A stretch of 64,000 bases of DNA from Dicyema japonicum. Its lineage: Eukaryota > Animalia > Dicyemida. The position numbers were made by a program, and so were the translations under genes. Positions 25,381 to 36,545 of the stretch are shown in pieces (positions within the stretch are counted from its first letter, which is position 1; every line of letters starts with the position of its first letter). Location: positions 906,671 through 970,670 of the forward strand of contig RDEW01000017.1 of the NCBI GenBank assembly GCA_011109175.1. Reading direction: 5' to 3'. Under the pieces are notes generated by a model. It searched no databases. It was not told the origin of the DNA and saw nothing but the letters and a program-made list of their open reading frames with translations.

Positions 25381-25965
25381 GGAGGGATCGTCGATGCCAA
25401 AGGGCTGCACCCGCTCTCGTGCAAAAGGAGCGCGGGCAGAGCACTCCGTCATGCTGCTATGAACAACATTGTCATGCGAGCGTTTGAAGTTGCAGGCTTC
25501 CCGGCAGTACTGGAGCCTGTGGGATTGGACCACGGAGATGGGAAAAGACCGGATGGGTTAACTATCTTTCCGTTCACTGAGGGAAAATCGCTCGTATGGG
25601 ACTGCACTGTTATGGACTCTTTCTCGAACTCGATGATGCTCAGCTCGGCGCAGTCAGCTAGATCGGCATCCGATCTTGCCGAGAAAATCAAGATTAAAAA
25701 TATGGCGAAATTGGAGACCGCTACCGTTTTGTATCGGTAGCAATCGAGACGTCTGGTGCGGCCGGAAGTATTACAGCCTCTTTCCTAAAGGAAATCGGGG
25801 AAAAATTGGCCCACAGCAAGAAAGACGTGCGGGAAGCGGTCTGGCTGAGGCAAAGAATTAATATCGCAGTTGTTCGCGGAAACGCTTACTCCGTGATGTC
25901 AGCAGCCGCTCTCCCTATAGTTAATTAATAATATTTTATTGTTAATAAATTTTTGAAATAAAAAA
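25381..25965 (+). mobile_element. CRE-like non-LTR retrotransposon 3' end (CCHC remnant plus RLE domain)
   Basis: GLHPLSCKRSAGRALRHAAMNNIVMRAF..EPVGLDHGDGKRPDGLTIFPFTEGKSLVWDCTV..AIETSG; near-identical to the copy at 39161. Confidence 0.85.
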
Positions 25966-26139
25966 AATTATCTATGTCATAATCAACTCTGATATAAATA
26001 AATTATTCATCGTTAATAAAAAAAAATTCACATGGGTATTAGACACATCAGCAAAAATATCATTTTCTTGCTTTGTTTGATCGTTATTTGTATATTGTTG
26101 TGGAAAATTTATGTAAAGAGTTTATAATATTTAGACAAA

Positions 26140-26944
26140 TGACAGAGTTCACAACAAAGACATCTTATTAGTCAGTGGATACTATAATATAGGAGGTTTT
26201 ATGAAACCAGGTGGGCTTCGTAAATCTAATGTGTATTTTATGTGGATGAAAATTTGCCTATATTGAAAACCATCTTGTATTTTTCTCAGACGAAGAAAAT
26301 CTTCAGATACATGGGCAAGATTAGAAAAAACCTTCCTACCACTTTAATTAACCTAAACAGGTCAGAATTGATTGGGTTTAAAAAAATTGAAGAAATAAAG
26401 CATATTTTCACACTTCCTGGATTTGGCTTACATCCAAAAGTAACTAGTAATTATAAGTACTCGCCGTCATGAATTCCAAACACGATATTTTGAGACGAGC
26501 AATCAAAATGTTCTCCCATAATTTCTCATACGTCGCCTGGGTTGATGTCGGTCTTTTCCGACACGTGAAAACTACAAAAATGTATAAACTGAAAAAAACA
26601 AAATACATTTACGATGCACGTGTCACTATGAGTCAAGTATTCAATTATAAAGAATATCCTATCGAACATGTCATAAAAAATCAAGAGTTTGGGTATCTGG
26701 AGCTGTATTTATAGGTCCTGTTGACCTAATGTACAAATTATGTGATAATTACGAAAGGTTCTTTCTAAAATTGTTGTCCCTGAAGCTGATGGCGACTGAC
26801 GAACAAGTACTATTCTCAATGTACACACTCGAAGGACTCGGACTTGTGAAAAATACAATAAAATTGAGCGTCTATCAATGCAATTATTATTCAATTTACA
26901 GGCTTCTAACAAACGTGAAATCATCTGATCATTGTTACACTTAG
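26140..26944 (+). pseudogene. HtrL/YibB-family putative glycosyltransferase, intronless, several frameshifts
   Basis: Stitched frames give LLVSGYYNIGGFMK, FAYIENHLVFFSD, MNSKHDILRRAIK..FSYVAWVDVGLFR and WVSGAVFIG..LMATDEQVLFSMY, matching recalled HtrL motifs (TAYYNIG, YFAWIDFG, TDQQVL). Confidence 0.7.
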
Positions 26945-27479
26945 TTTTAGTTCTAAAATGGGTTTATTTGGTGTTTTACTGATTATTTATCAGTTTGCTA
27001 TTTATAATCAGCTTTGGGATAAATTAATTGGTTCATAGCATCGGGAATACCCAGTTACTCCCGAATTTAGTTATCGCAAATACTGAGAAAAAAATGGTAT
27101 CGCTCGCAGATTTTTTTAATATAAAATCGACCCAATTAAATTATCATTATTACTCGCTTCTTCCACCTGGACCTTTCTCATCTTGGAGGAGCTGATACCT
27201 GATAATTCTCCGTTTCCTCTTCGCCACCGTTCTCAACTGAGTTTACTTCCACCAAGTGATTGGTTGCTGCGACGAAGTTCTCGATAGTGGATACTTCTTA
27301 TTTATGCTCAACCAAGCATACTCTCCAACGTCTTTTGAGGACGACGGATTGAATACACGTAATATTTATAATACTTCGAAATGGCACCGTCCCACGTTAA
27401 AACAACATGGATGACTTTGAATAGAGCACCTTAGTAGTTTGAGTTCTCCAACCAATAAATAGTATTTATACCAGAGTCT

Positions 27480-28400
27480 TCAGTTTCTTTGAATTTTGAT
27501 GCCGTACATTCTGCTAAAGTGTAAATGTAATAGTCTAACCTTTTCTTTGTGCCTTCTGATGTTGTTACTGTTCAGCATCCTGTTCCAGCAGGCATATGAT
27601 GCATCGAATTTGCAAAAAACAGGTTCCTGTCTTGAAAAAATGCTATGCCCCAGATCTCAAACTAAAAAAAATAGGTTCCTGTCTTGAAAAAATGCTATGC
27701 CCCAGATCTCAAAACTAAAAAAAATAGGTTCCTGTCTTGAAAAAATGCTATGCCCCAGATCTCAAACTAAAAAAAATAGGTTCCTGTCTTGAAAAAAATG
27801 CTATGCCCCAGATCTCAAACTAAAAAAAATATTTTGTTCGTTTGCGAACATTCATGTTAGATACCATTTTTTGAATTCATTTGGAGCTATTTCCAATAGG
27901 GCTGATCTATCTTTCGATGTGAAGTCAACGTCGTCAGCATAAGTGGATGCTTCTATGCTACCCTCATAAAATCTTGGAAGATCACTTATCGCCGTTTCCT
28001 GTATAAGACAGATAGCAAAGGTGAGAGGGAGTCTTTTTGAGATGTACCTACATTATATAGGAATTCTCTTGACGTAGTTTTTGTCAATTCGATTTCTTAA
28101 CTTTGTTTGGATATGAGAACTCTATCATTTTCAAAGATTCAAAGTCCAGAAATTCTTCCACTATCTTTGGTAGTAGATCTCGACGCACCGTGTCAAAACC
28201 CCTCGATAAGTCTGAACCAAAGATAGTCTATGCGAGGTATCATTAATATACAGCGCAGCGCTACTTGTTGCTCCATAGTAAATCCGCCGTTGATATCCCT
28301 GTTCTGAATCCACTATGACTTAGTGAACATGTCCTGAATCCACTATTAGGTTTTCCATTGGGCCAGCCGGCTTGTTTCGTATCTGGATTTGGATTAGTAG
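27480..28400 (-). mobile_element. Degenerate non-LTR reverse transcriptase fragment (clade unresolved)
   Basis: GSDLSRGFDTVRRDLL, GTSQKDSLSPLL and ASTYADDVDF, corresponding to RT motifs 3-5. Confidence 0.8.
27622..27831. repeat. 52-53-bp tandem repeat, 4 copies
   Basis: ggttcctgtcttgaaaaaatgctatgccccagatctcaaactaaaaaaaata at 27622, 27674, 27727 and 27779. Confidence 0.93.
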
Positions 28401-28589
28401 TTCAGATCCAAGAAATAAGTATTCAATTCAAACAAACATCGTTTTTTTAATCGGCAAATAATTTAGTCAATTTAATTGAAGTTATTAATTATTTTGTCAG
28501 TGGAACAAATTCTTATTCCCGTCCCCGTAGTTTTATAACAAGTGAAATACTTACGGCAAGTGTTGCTAAAAGAAGACTAAATAATAGGC

Positions 28590-29200
28590 AGAAGTGAGTC
28601 AGTGTCGATCCAGGGAATTTTCTAATATTTATCCATTCCGACAGATAGGTCAATTCACTCATTCAGTTGACCTTGGATTACGGAAATATCCCCGATAGGA
28701 TCGGCCTCAGGAAAAGGCTGAATTGCAAGTCTTTTAAGTGATACCTGGATAACGTACATCCATCCCAGTTTAACCCAAAGAGGGTTAGGAGGTCGGGACA
28801 GTTTAATATCACCCCAATAAATCTTATAGATAAGAAGAGTCGACACTGAGTTAAGTATCGACCACCAGCTAACGAATCCAATGTGAATATTTCCTTTTTG
28901 GATTTGCGACGAAATGGGGGATGCCCAGGTTTATTGCTGAATTAAATCAGAGTTGGTTTTACTTGAAGGAAAACAAACTCAGACGAGATGATTCATGCCT
29001 TACATATTTTGGGGGCTTCTTTGTGGAAGAATGCAAGGATTGTAATAACTACCAAATATTCATCCACGTTGTCTTTCATTTCAGAAATCAGACTTTCTCG
29101 TGCAACCGGAAAGTCAAGGATGCGTGGCTGTGAATGCCGAAACCAGAAGCTTAGAGATGGTGGAATGCGGGGACCCGAACACTAAGTGGTCTTTTACTTA
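28590..29200 (+). pseudogene. GALNT: Polypeptide N-acetylgalactosaminyltransferase C-terminal fragment (linker plus ricin-B lectin)
   Basis: [29 protein letters not shown] (TGA at the conserved Trp), followed by micro-intron-separated ricin-like segments (LRRDDSCL, GCVAV..LEMVEC..KWSF). No catalytic domain upstream. Confidence 0.72.
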
Positions 29201-29699
29201 ATTTATTATCTCCCTTTGAATAAATGAATTTTTATTAATACAGATTTGGTGAGGTTAAACGTGAGGGGTAGATGAAATATCATGGATCCTTGATGCGTCT
29301 GGACTTCTCTCTGGGATCTCTCGTAGACCAGTCATTATTAAATAGATTTGGTGTATGAAGGCAGATCATAGCCCTTCAGACGGAAGACCGCTATTTTCTT
29401 CACAGTCACTCCCAGTGGTATTAATAGATTCCGGTCCTCATTCAACTTCGAGTCAGATCTCATTATGAGAGCAAACTTTATAGTGGATCTCATACTCTTT
29501 TCAACAAAATAATTTTTCATGAGAGAAATACCATTTTCCCCATCCATATAATAGTAATGGCAGAATGACTCCTTAGAAGACCAAGAGAGAACTATCCAAC
29601 CTAGCATTCGGAGACACAGCAATATCTTATCTACTTTTGTCTCGGATATAATTAACATTTAGTTCTCCAATATAACTGTTAAAAAGAGATTACTTTATT

Positions 29700-30200
29700 C
29701 CCCCGACTTTATTAATGCGGCGCCTCCACTCTGGATCGCTATGGAGACCAACTGGGTGAGCCATTGCGTTACGCGGTCATCATGGTTTCAAAGCGAGGCA
29801 ATACATACGAGTTTTTCGTGGAAGACTAAAGACTTACTGCTTATCGTTCCAGTTGTCTCTACAGCAATCGCGCGGGAGGTATATAGGTCGAGGAGTCATC
29901 TGTACTTATTTTCTTTAGCTCTCTCCAATTTCTGCTTTTGTCGCACCCGGTGATGTTGAGGGACAAAGAGTCAAAACATGTGGAATCTAAGAATAACGGT
30001 TTCCCCTTTTCGAACGGAAAGATTGTTCCTCCATCTATTCGCTTTTCGCCTCCCTTGTCTAGGTCAATGGGTACCAATATGGTAGGGTCTCCGCCAGACT
30101 CCAGTGTGTGTTTCACAGCATCATTCAAGTTACTATGCTGCGGGAATCTCCCAAAAATTCTTCTGCATGAGGGGGGTGATGTCGGTAAGTGTCGATAATT
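29700..30200 (-). mobile_element. Degenerate CRE-like RLE fragment
   Basis: QHSNLNDAVKHTL..GEKRIDGGTIFPFEKGKPLFLDSTC and AIAVETTG. Confidence 0.75.
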
Positions 30201-30214
30201 TCTCCCATAATCAA

Positions 30215-30575
30215 CAGATGACCATATTTCCATTTGAGGCCGGGAAACCACTGGTTTGGGATGTGACATGTACAGACACGTTCGCCCAAAAAAATCTTCA
30301 CGAGAGTGCTACAAGGGCCTGTTCAGCATCCGTAAAGGCGGAGAAGGCCAAACTCGTTAAATAGGTCGACCTTCCCGATGATGTCAAATTTGTTCCCCTT
30401 GCTATGGAGACTTCCGGATCCTACTCCCCCTCTACACTCGAGTTTTTCGGACGTCTTGGAAACCGGATCACCTCATGCACTGGAGATCTCCGTGAACGCC
30501 GCTGGCTATTTGAGCGAATTTCGCTCGCAATTTTGAGAGGGAACAGCCACGCAGTGAGGGCGGCAGCTACCTGAC
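30215..30575 (+). mobile_element. CRE-like RLE 3' fragment
   Basis: MTIFPFEAGKPLVWDVTCTDTFA..VPLAMETSG..WLFERISLAILRGN. Confidence 0.8.
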
Positions 30576-31639
30576 TTCTATTGTTTAAATATTGTTTAAC
30601 GGTTTAAAAAAAATCAACAGTGTGTCTGGAATATTCTACCCCAAATGGATAGAAATAAAGATGCGGACCGCCTCATCATAAAGATGCGTGCAATGTTTCC
30701 AACTGGGCAAGCGTCAATTCATTCTCTGCCTCCTTCAAATCTCCAAGCGATCAGACAGTGTCGATTCAAATTTATCTTCACATATGATTTTATAGTGGTC
30801 TTTCTGTTTCATCTTGGTTTTGGATGATTGCAGCCAAATAAAGCATATTCCGTTTAATTGGTCTTCATTCCTGTGGAGATATAGATTGATTGGTTAATCC
30901 CACTGACACTGGAAAAGCCAAAATTTCTCCCACAATCAAATGGATTCGATTTCTGTATCTTCCACAAAACTAACCACTTTCTGGAAAGGATTTTCTGTCT
31001 TTCTTTCTCGCTGATCCCGGGGTTCTAAATAAATGCAGAACCACATCCAAATGGTTCCGGTTCGAATCTCGCCTATTTGAGTAGAAGGTTCCACGCATCT
31101 ATGATGCTTCTGGGATTGACAAATGAAGCCGTCATCAATTAGTCATCACTCCGGAACCGGATTGTCTCAGGAACTCACACGCAAGCAAGAACGAAAAGAA
31201 AAAGAAGTTAAAAACACCTCAAATGTCTTGGTCTATGATTAGTTAACACAATTGGAAGAAAAAAATTATTATTTTTATTATTTTATTAGACAACTTGCTT
31301 GACGAGTAACGCCGTCATCATTGATACCCCATTACTGAACCGGATTATCTTCAGCGACTCACGCGGAACCAAAAGAAGTTAAGAACAGATATCTTGGCAT
31401 CATTCCTACGATTAATTAGCATAACTGTTCTTTCCTTCTTAAATAAAGATTGTCTTCCCTGATTGTAGTTTTAAGTAATAAAAACATTACTACTCCTCGA
31501 CGAAAGAGACGTTTACAAAATAATTAAAAATTTTGTTTTTCCTTAAGAACTTGGGACGTCGGCTCACAATCAAAGGACGTGACGTTCGTGAAACTCGATA
31601 TCTCCTTTGGTTGATCTTGATTGCAATCATTTATTTTAT

Positions 31640-31830
31640 TTATTTGAGGACCCCAAGATCACCAAGGACGATGTTAAAAACACTAAGTAAGTGAACCCAG
31701 CTTCCGTTAATTCCTGAACCCTTCTTGAAAGGTCTTCTAATTTCCAAACTGTAAAACAGAACTCCGATCCAAGGTGAGGTTCAACTGGGACGTTTCGGGA
31801 AGGAAGTTGCTGGAATTTTACCTTAATACC
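31640..31830 (-). mobile_element. 3' remnant of a third Vingi-like subfamily
   Basis: TVWKLEDLSRRVQELTEAGFT resembles VVGTMEDHRRRMGQVIARTGIT of copy 1; tail ggtgatcttggggtcctcaaataaa. Confidence 0.55.
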
Positions 31831-32051
31831 TGGAAGTTAACAAAAAATGAATTATTCTAGAAAGTTAACAAGAGGAATAGGAAATCGGTATCTTTCTGTG
31901 ATTGATTTAATGGTCTCTTGTGTTTTGTAGACTGCGAGGTCATGCAAATATTCCGTTGAAATATTTTAAGAACATAAACATCCAAAATATAAAAACACGT
32001 TAAGTATCAAATCCTTTATCGCGAAAATTACAAAAAAATGTAAATATTATT

Positions 32052-32470
32052 TTACAAATACTGTGGACACATTCCATAGCTAACAAACGTTACATCATGT
32101 CGTGGATAAGGAATATTTCCATTTTCGATAAATATTTTGGTTATAGATATTTTGTTGAGGATAACCAAAATATTGATTATCCCACGGGCAAAATGAATTC
32201 TGATCATAAAATAGATTTTCCTCATTAAATGTATCACATAAATCATTGGAATATTTTTATAATTTCGAAATGTATTTTTTAGATTCTGAATTACATCGTG
32301 TCATTCCATCGACCAAATAAAGAATGTAATTTATGGAATAATTGAGAATTTCACATTTTTGTTTTTTTTCACCGTTTCTTTTGGAAATGGTAATTTGTCT
32401 CTCAATTCTTCCATAGCTTCATTTAAAGTCTTCATTCTCATTCTAGTTTTCGACTGTGGTCCGCCTCATT
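32052..32470 (-). pseudogene. bHLH-domain gene or fragment with a 1-nt frameshift
   Basis: RMRMKTLNEAMEELRDKLPFP...K(fs)ILNYSINYILYL fits LN.A...LR..LP...K..IL..AI.YI..L; the frameshift lies in an A-run near 32350. Confidence 0.55.
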
Positions 32471-32703
32471 GGAAAAGAGCAGTAAAGGACTCTCCATTCT
32501 CGTATTTGCAGAGTTCTAAAGGTAACTGAGAGGGATTTTGAAAAGGGGAGTGTTTGGAAGTTTTCGCTCAATTTCAAGTGACAAATTGCTATTTAATTAG
32601 ATAATTAATAAAAATAATTTTATATTTTATTTTATAAATATTAAAGATTTTGTCGATGGTTAACCTAAATAAACAATAAAATTTTTTGAAAATTATAAAC
32701 AAA

Positions 32704-32958
32704 ATGAGTTTCAAGATTTTACTGATTTTGTTTTCACTGTTGACCATCAATACAATAAGTAAAAATATGTTAACGATAAAATTAGAATCTTCCAAAGTTG
32801 AAAATCCAACAACTGATGATCCAACTATGGATGAACAAGTAGAAGAAAATGTAGAAGACGTTGAAGAAGAATCAGAGAATGGAGAAGATGAAAGTGATGA
32901 AAATGATGATGAAGATGATGATGAAGATTCCGAAGAAGAAAGTGAGAACGCTGACTGA
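32704..32958 (+). CDS. Secreted Asp/Glu-rich microprotein, copy B (intact)
   Basis: MSFKILLILFSLLTINT, 27-nt intron at 32759-32785, acidic tail to SEEESENAD*. Confidence 0.75.
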   Translation: MSFKILLILFSLLTINTISKNMLTIKLESSKVENPTTDDPTMDEQVEENVEDVEEESENGEDESDENDDEDDDEDSEEESENAD

Positions 32959-34924
32959 TTTGTCTTAATTTGCTTTAAACTAACTTTCCTTTTTTTAACA
33001 TGGGTGTTTGGATTTTCCTTTATTTTATCTTTCAATAAATTATTCCAAAGACCAAGGGTAAAACCAAACTAACGCTGCCAAGAAAAGGAATTTTGATTAG
33101 ATCGACCTATGTTCTGGAATCAATAGGGGAAATAACACAAATTGATTTAGCCCCATGCAGATGTTCATTTACCGATTATTGCTTAATCGAGATTATATAT
33201 TGCTCTCAAGTGCTCTCGAAGTGGTTGAAATTAATTAAAATCAACAAATATTGATTCCAATTACTAATTTGTTGGAATATTTGGTAAATGCTTTATGTTA
33301 TGTAATTTTAAAAATGTAGTCTCCAGCATTTTTAACTTTCTATTTTTTACATATTTATTAATTTACCGTTGTTCCCTCGTGGTCTGCATAAATTACTATC
33401 AAAAGTCATTCTCACCACGCAGCTTCTGACAGATGATCCTTTCCTATATGCATCCGACGTTGATGTTGAGTTAGTCAAGTGGTTGATTGGCCGGAGGGCT
33501 GAAGGGAAGACGAATATCCACCGCTTCACGTAAGAAAAAGGGATGCCTTCCTTCTGGTGAGGATGGATTAAGTGCTGTTTACAACAGCAATGCGCCAACT
33601 CCTCAGATATTGTGAAGTCCATTTGATCAGCAACAATACTGAAACGAATTACAACCGATGAGTTAATACTTCCAGGAAATGAATCCTTGTTACTCCCATA
33701 TGTAAGTTTGGTCAAAGATGGGGGATTGGGATTGCTTTATGTTCAAAAAACAGAAAACTGGTAAAAAGGAATATCAATGTTGGTTAGTTAAGTAGGTCGG
33801 CCTCACTAACATGTAGGAGACCAGCGGCTATTAAGTAGGAGGAACGAATGCCGGGCTCTCCCATAGATCGATCAACTTTGGTAGACGAACAGTGTTCCTC
33901 TCAGAAAAAACGGGGACTTTTTGAAGAGGAATGTGGTCACTTGAAGATGGAGTAAAGTGAATCTGATTTTTATTTTTTCTCATAATGAAAATTAATGGGG
34001 GGAGAAATAACAAGAATGCAAAATTCAGCAAATATTGTGCCAAAAAGGGAGTAGATCGTACAGACGATCTTCAACAGTACGATTTTCAAAAATCCCAGGA
34101 TTTGTGTGATGCAAGGACAGATGTACATGTGATCAAACAGAATGTGGGCCATGAATTTAAGAGAGAATTAAATTTTCTCCACATCCTTCGAAAGTGCATA
34201 AATGAGACGTATGTAGCCACCATGCTGTGCTTCAAAGTGTATCATTCCAATCCCCACATTAGTGTTGATTGGACAAGAATTGAAACAGCACACTCTTGGA
34301 CACAACTGATGTTAGACCACTCCCAAGTTAATCTAAGGGTAGTCTCTCCTTGTTTGTGGGTCTTAGATGTAACCAGCGAACGTCGACATCAAACCCTCTA
34401 ACTAAGTGGTTTGATGTTGATCAGTCCACTATTGTTAAGTGAGAATGCACGTTCATTTGTAGATTTAAATCATTCTTTTTTCTGATTTATAAGGCAATTT
34501 TGAAGTTTCCCGGTTTAGAGTGTTACTTCATTTATCTTTCAACACTACAAAGTATCGATATCCCCCACTTCATCCAAATTTTTGACTTCCAGTTATAAGT
34601 ATAACAAATATATATTTAAGCTTATTCTAATAATTTGGTCTCTAAAATGAGACCTGCCCACGTGATCTGGCACATTAGTTGAAGGGATTTTTATGATATA
34701 TTATAAATTATAATATAAATTTAAAATTTTATTGTTAATCAGAATGATTTATTTAAAAAAATAGATAATGCCAAAAATTTTTGCATTTTTTGATTTTTAT
34801 TTGATGCAGCCAATCTTAACATTTACTAAAAAGAACCCGTAAACTCATCTTACCAAAACAAAGTGGAACTTACCAAAATCAAAGTGGAACAAAAATTATT
34901 TTTTTTATAGGATGAAGATTAATT

Positions 34925-35152
34925 TCAATTGCAAAAGTTTCGAGATCAATTGCAAAAGTGTCGAGATCAATCGCAAAAGTGACAAAGCAACATGCAAAAG
35001 TGTCGAGATCAATTGCAAAAGTGACGAGATCATTTGCAAAAGTGACAAAGCAACATGCAAAAGTGTCGAGATCAATTGCAAAAGTGACGAGATCATTTGC
35101 AAAAGTGACAAAGCAACATGCAAAAGTGTCGAGATCAATTGCAAAAGTGACT
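34925..35152. repeat. 21-bp monomer array with 63-bp higher-order unit (tgcaaaagtg core)
   Basis: aattgcaaaagtgacgagatc / atttgcaaaagtgacaaagca / acatgcaaaagtgtcgagatc, repeated. Confidence 0.92.
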
Positions 35153-35174
35153 AAGCAAAAACCTATATATTTGC

Positions 35175-36260
35175 ATGTCTGCGCAAATATTTCATTTTTT
35201 TATTCATATGCCTGCTCAAATAAAAAAGTCTGAAGCTGAAATTAAGAAAAATCTTATTATCGGGGCTTATGAGGGAGATGGTGACTGGAGGGAACTTGCA
35301 AAATCTCTCGATGTTCCGAAAACTACTACTTATCGTTGGTTGAAAAACAAAAACAAACCTGATCAGCGAGGGGGATCAAAAGCAAAAAAATTTCTTGATA
35401 AACATAAAGATTATTGTGTTGAACAGCTCGAAATTAACCCTAGGATTACTCTTGAGACCTTGAGAATTCTTTTAAATTCTAATTTCAGCTTAAATGTTTC
35501 AAAAGAAACCATTCGAGTCCACTTGGACGGTGCCTGTTATTCTTTGAAAGATATCAGGTATGAACCAGAGAAAGGCAATAGTGAATTAAATAAAGAAAAA
35601 AGAAAAAAATTTATAACTTCATTATTGGAATATCAATCGGAGGAAATTCCAATATTATTTATGGATGAAACAAATATAAACATGCACATATCCCGTAAAA
35701 AGGGTCGATCAAAAAAAGGAACAAGGGCTAATGTCGTTGCAACAAGTTCGCGAGGTGCCAATGTACATTTCATTGGTTGCATCGGGTCCCTTGGATTGTT
35801 GCATTATGAATTCAAACGTGGATCCTTTAATAAAGAATCCGCCCATGAATGGGTGAGAATTTGTCTACGAAAAGCCAGGGAAGTTTACAATTTTCCAGTA
35901 GTGCTAGTAGTAGACAATGCTCCATGCCATTCAGGAATTGAAGAAATTGTCAGAGATAATGAATTCATCGGAAATAAAATTTTAAGATTGGGTCCCTATA
36001 GCCCTATGCTCAACCCAATTGAGAATATTTGGTCAGTTTTCAAAGCTGATGTAAAAAGACACATTGCTACAGATATGAAAAATATTTTGAATGGTGTGAG
36101 ACAAGAAGCTTTGTCAACTACGGAGTTTCGACTTCAAAAGTTAGAAGAAAGTATGATTAATTCATTATGTATAATCACTCCATCTTTATGCAACACCGTA
36201 ATTGCTAGAATTCAGAGGTTGGCCCCATCGGTGTTAAATAATGATGACATGGTTTATTAA
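35175..36260 (+). CDS. Tc1/IS630-like DD35E transposase (361 aa, open)
   Basis: HTH-like WRELAKSLDVPKTTTYRWL, then FMDET, VVDNAPCH and PYSPMLNPIE. I count 35 residues between the second D and the E. Confidence 0.93.
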   Translation: MSAQIFHFFIHMPAQIKKSEAEIKKNLIIGAYEGDGDWRELAKSLDVPKTTTYRWLKNKNKPDQRGGSKAKKFLDKHKDYCVEQLEINPRITLETLRILLNSNFSLNVSKETIRVHLDGACYSLKDIRYEPEKGNSELNKEKRKKFITSLLEYQSEEIPILFMDETNINMHISRKKGRSKKGTRANVVATSSRGANVHFIGCIGSLGLLHYEFKRGSFNKESAHEWVRICLRKAREVYNFPVVLVVDNAPCHSGIEEIVRDNEFIGNKILRLGPYSPMLNPIENIWSVFKADVKRHIATDMKNILNGVRQEALSTTEFRLQKLEESMINSLCIITPSLCNTVIARIQRLAPSVLNNDDMVY

Positions 36261-36267
36261 ATAATTT

Positions 36268-36447
36268 TTGTTCCACTTTGCTTTTGGTAAGTTCCACTTT
36301 GCTTTTGGTAAGTACCACTTTGCTTTTGGTAAGTACCACTTTGCTTTTGGTAAGTACCACTTTGCTTTTGGTAAGAACCACTTTGCTTTTGGTAAGACCC
36401 ACTTTGCTTTTGGTAAGACCCACTTTGCTTTTGGTAAGACCCACTTT
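36268..36447. repeat. 21-bp tandem array (ccactttgcttttggtaag core), about 9 copies, forming the right TIR
   Basis: Directly visible; the reverse complement matches the two units at 34850-34890. Confidence 0.93.
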
Positions 36448-36479
36448 AAACCTGAAATGGTATAGTAGACTTCCGAGCC

Positions 36480-36545
36480 TACTCATTTAAAGGAAGTAAT
36501 AGTCGCAACAAGGTTTTTGTAGGTGAACCTGCAGAAGGATCATTA
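36480..36545 (+). rRNA. Orphan 3' terminus of 18S rRNA, probably followed by ITS1-like sequence
   Basis: catttaaaggaagtaatagtcgcaacaaggtttttgtaggtgaacctgcagaaggatcatta matches the universal 18S 3' end. The rest of 18S and any 5.8S were not seen. Confidence 0.88.

Larger units (their letters stand above)
34846..36462 (+). mobile_element. Tc1/IS630-family DNA transposon with repeat-array termini
   Basis: Intact transposase. The inverted match caaagtggaacaaaaattattt lies at 34858-34900 and 36257-36290. The right end is ...cctgaaatggta followed by TA. The outer part of the left TIR is absent. Confidence 0.88.

Noticed and set aside
27130-27480. PITWWK-like string resembling a hAT dimerisation domain
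   Set aside because: It is a single short motif with no other transposase or TIR support.
28738-28742. TGA at a conserved Trp of GALNT, suggesting a variant genetic code
   Set aside because: Intact genes (AMD1, BDP1, SOAT1) use TGG for conserved Trp, and BDP1 ends in TGA. It is a pseudogene stop or an error.
29338-29658. ORF beginning IISETKVD resembling an APE endonuclease motif
   Set aside because: Downstream APE motifs were not found, so it is too weak to annotate.
32589-33035. Ser-rich 148-aa minus-strand ORF (also 62769-62979)
   Set aside because: It is the antisense shadow of the GAA/GAT-rich acidic gene.
34905-36490. Repetitive ORFs (34905-35233, 36205-36490) and CRISPR-like appearance of the arrays
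   Set aside because: They are translations of 21-bp tandem DNA. There are no unique spacers and no cas genes, and the context is eukaryotic.
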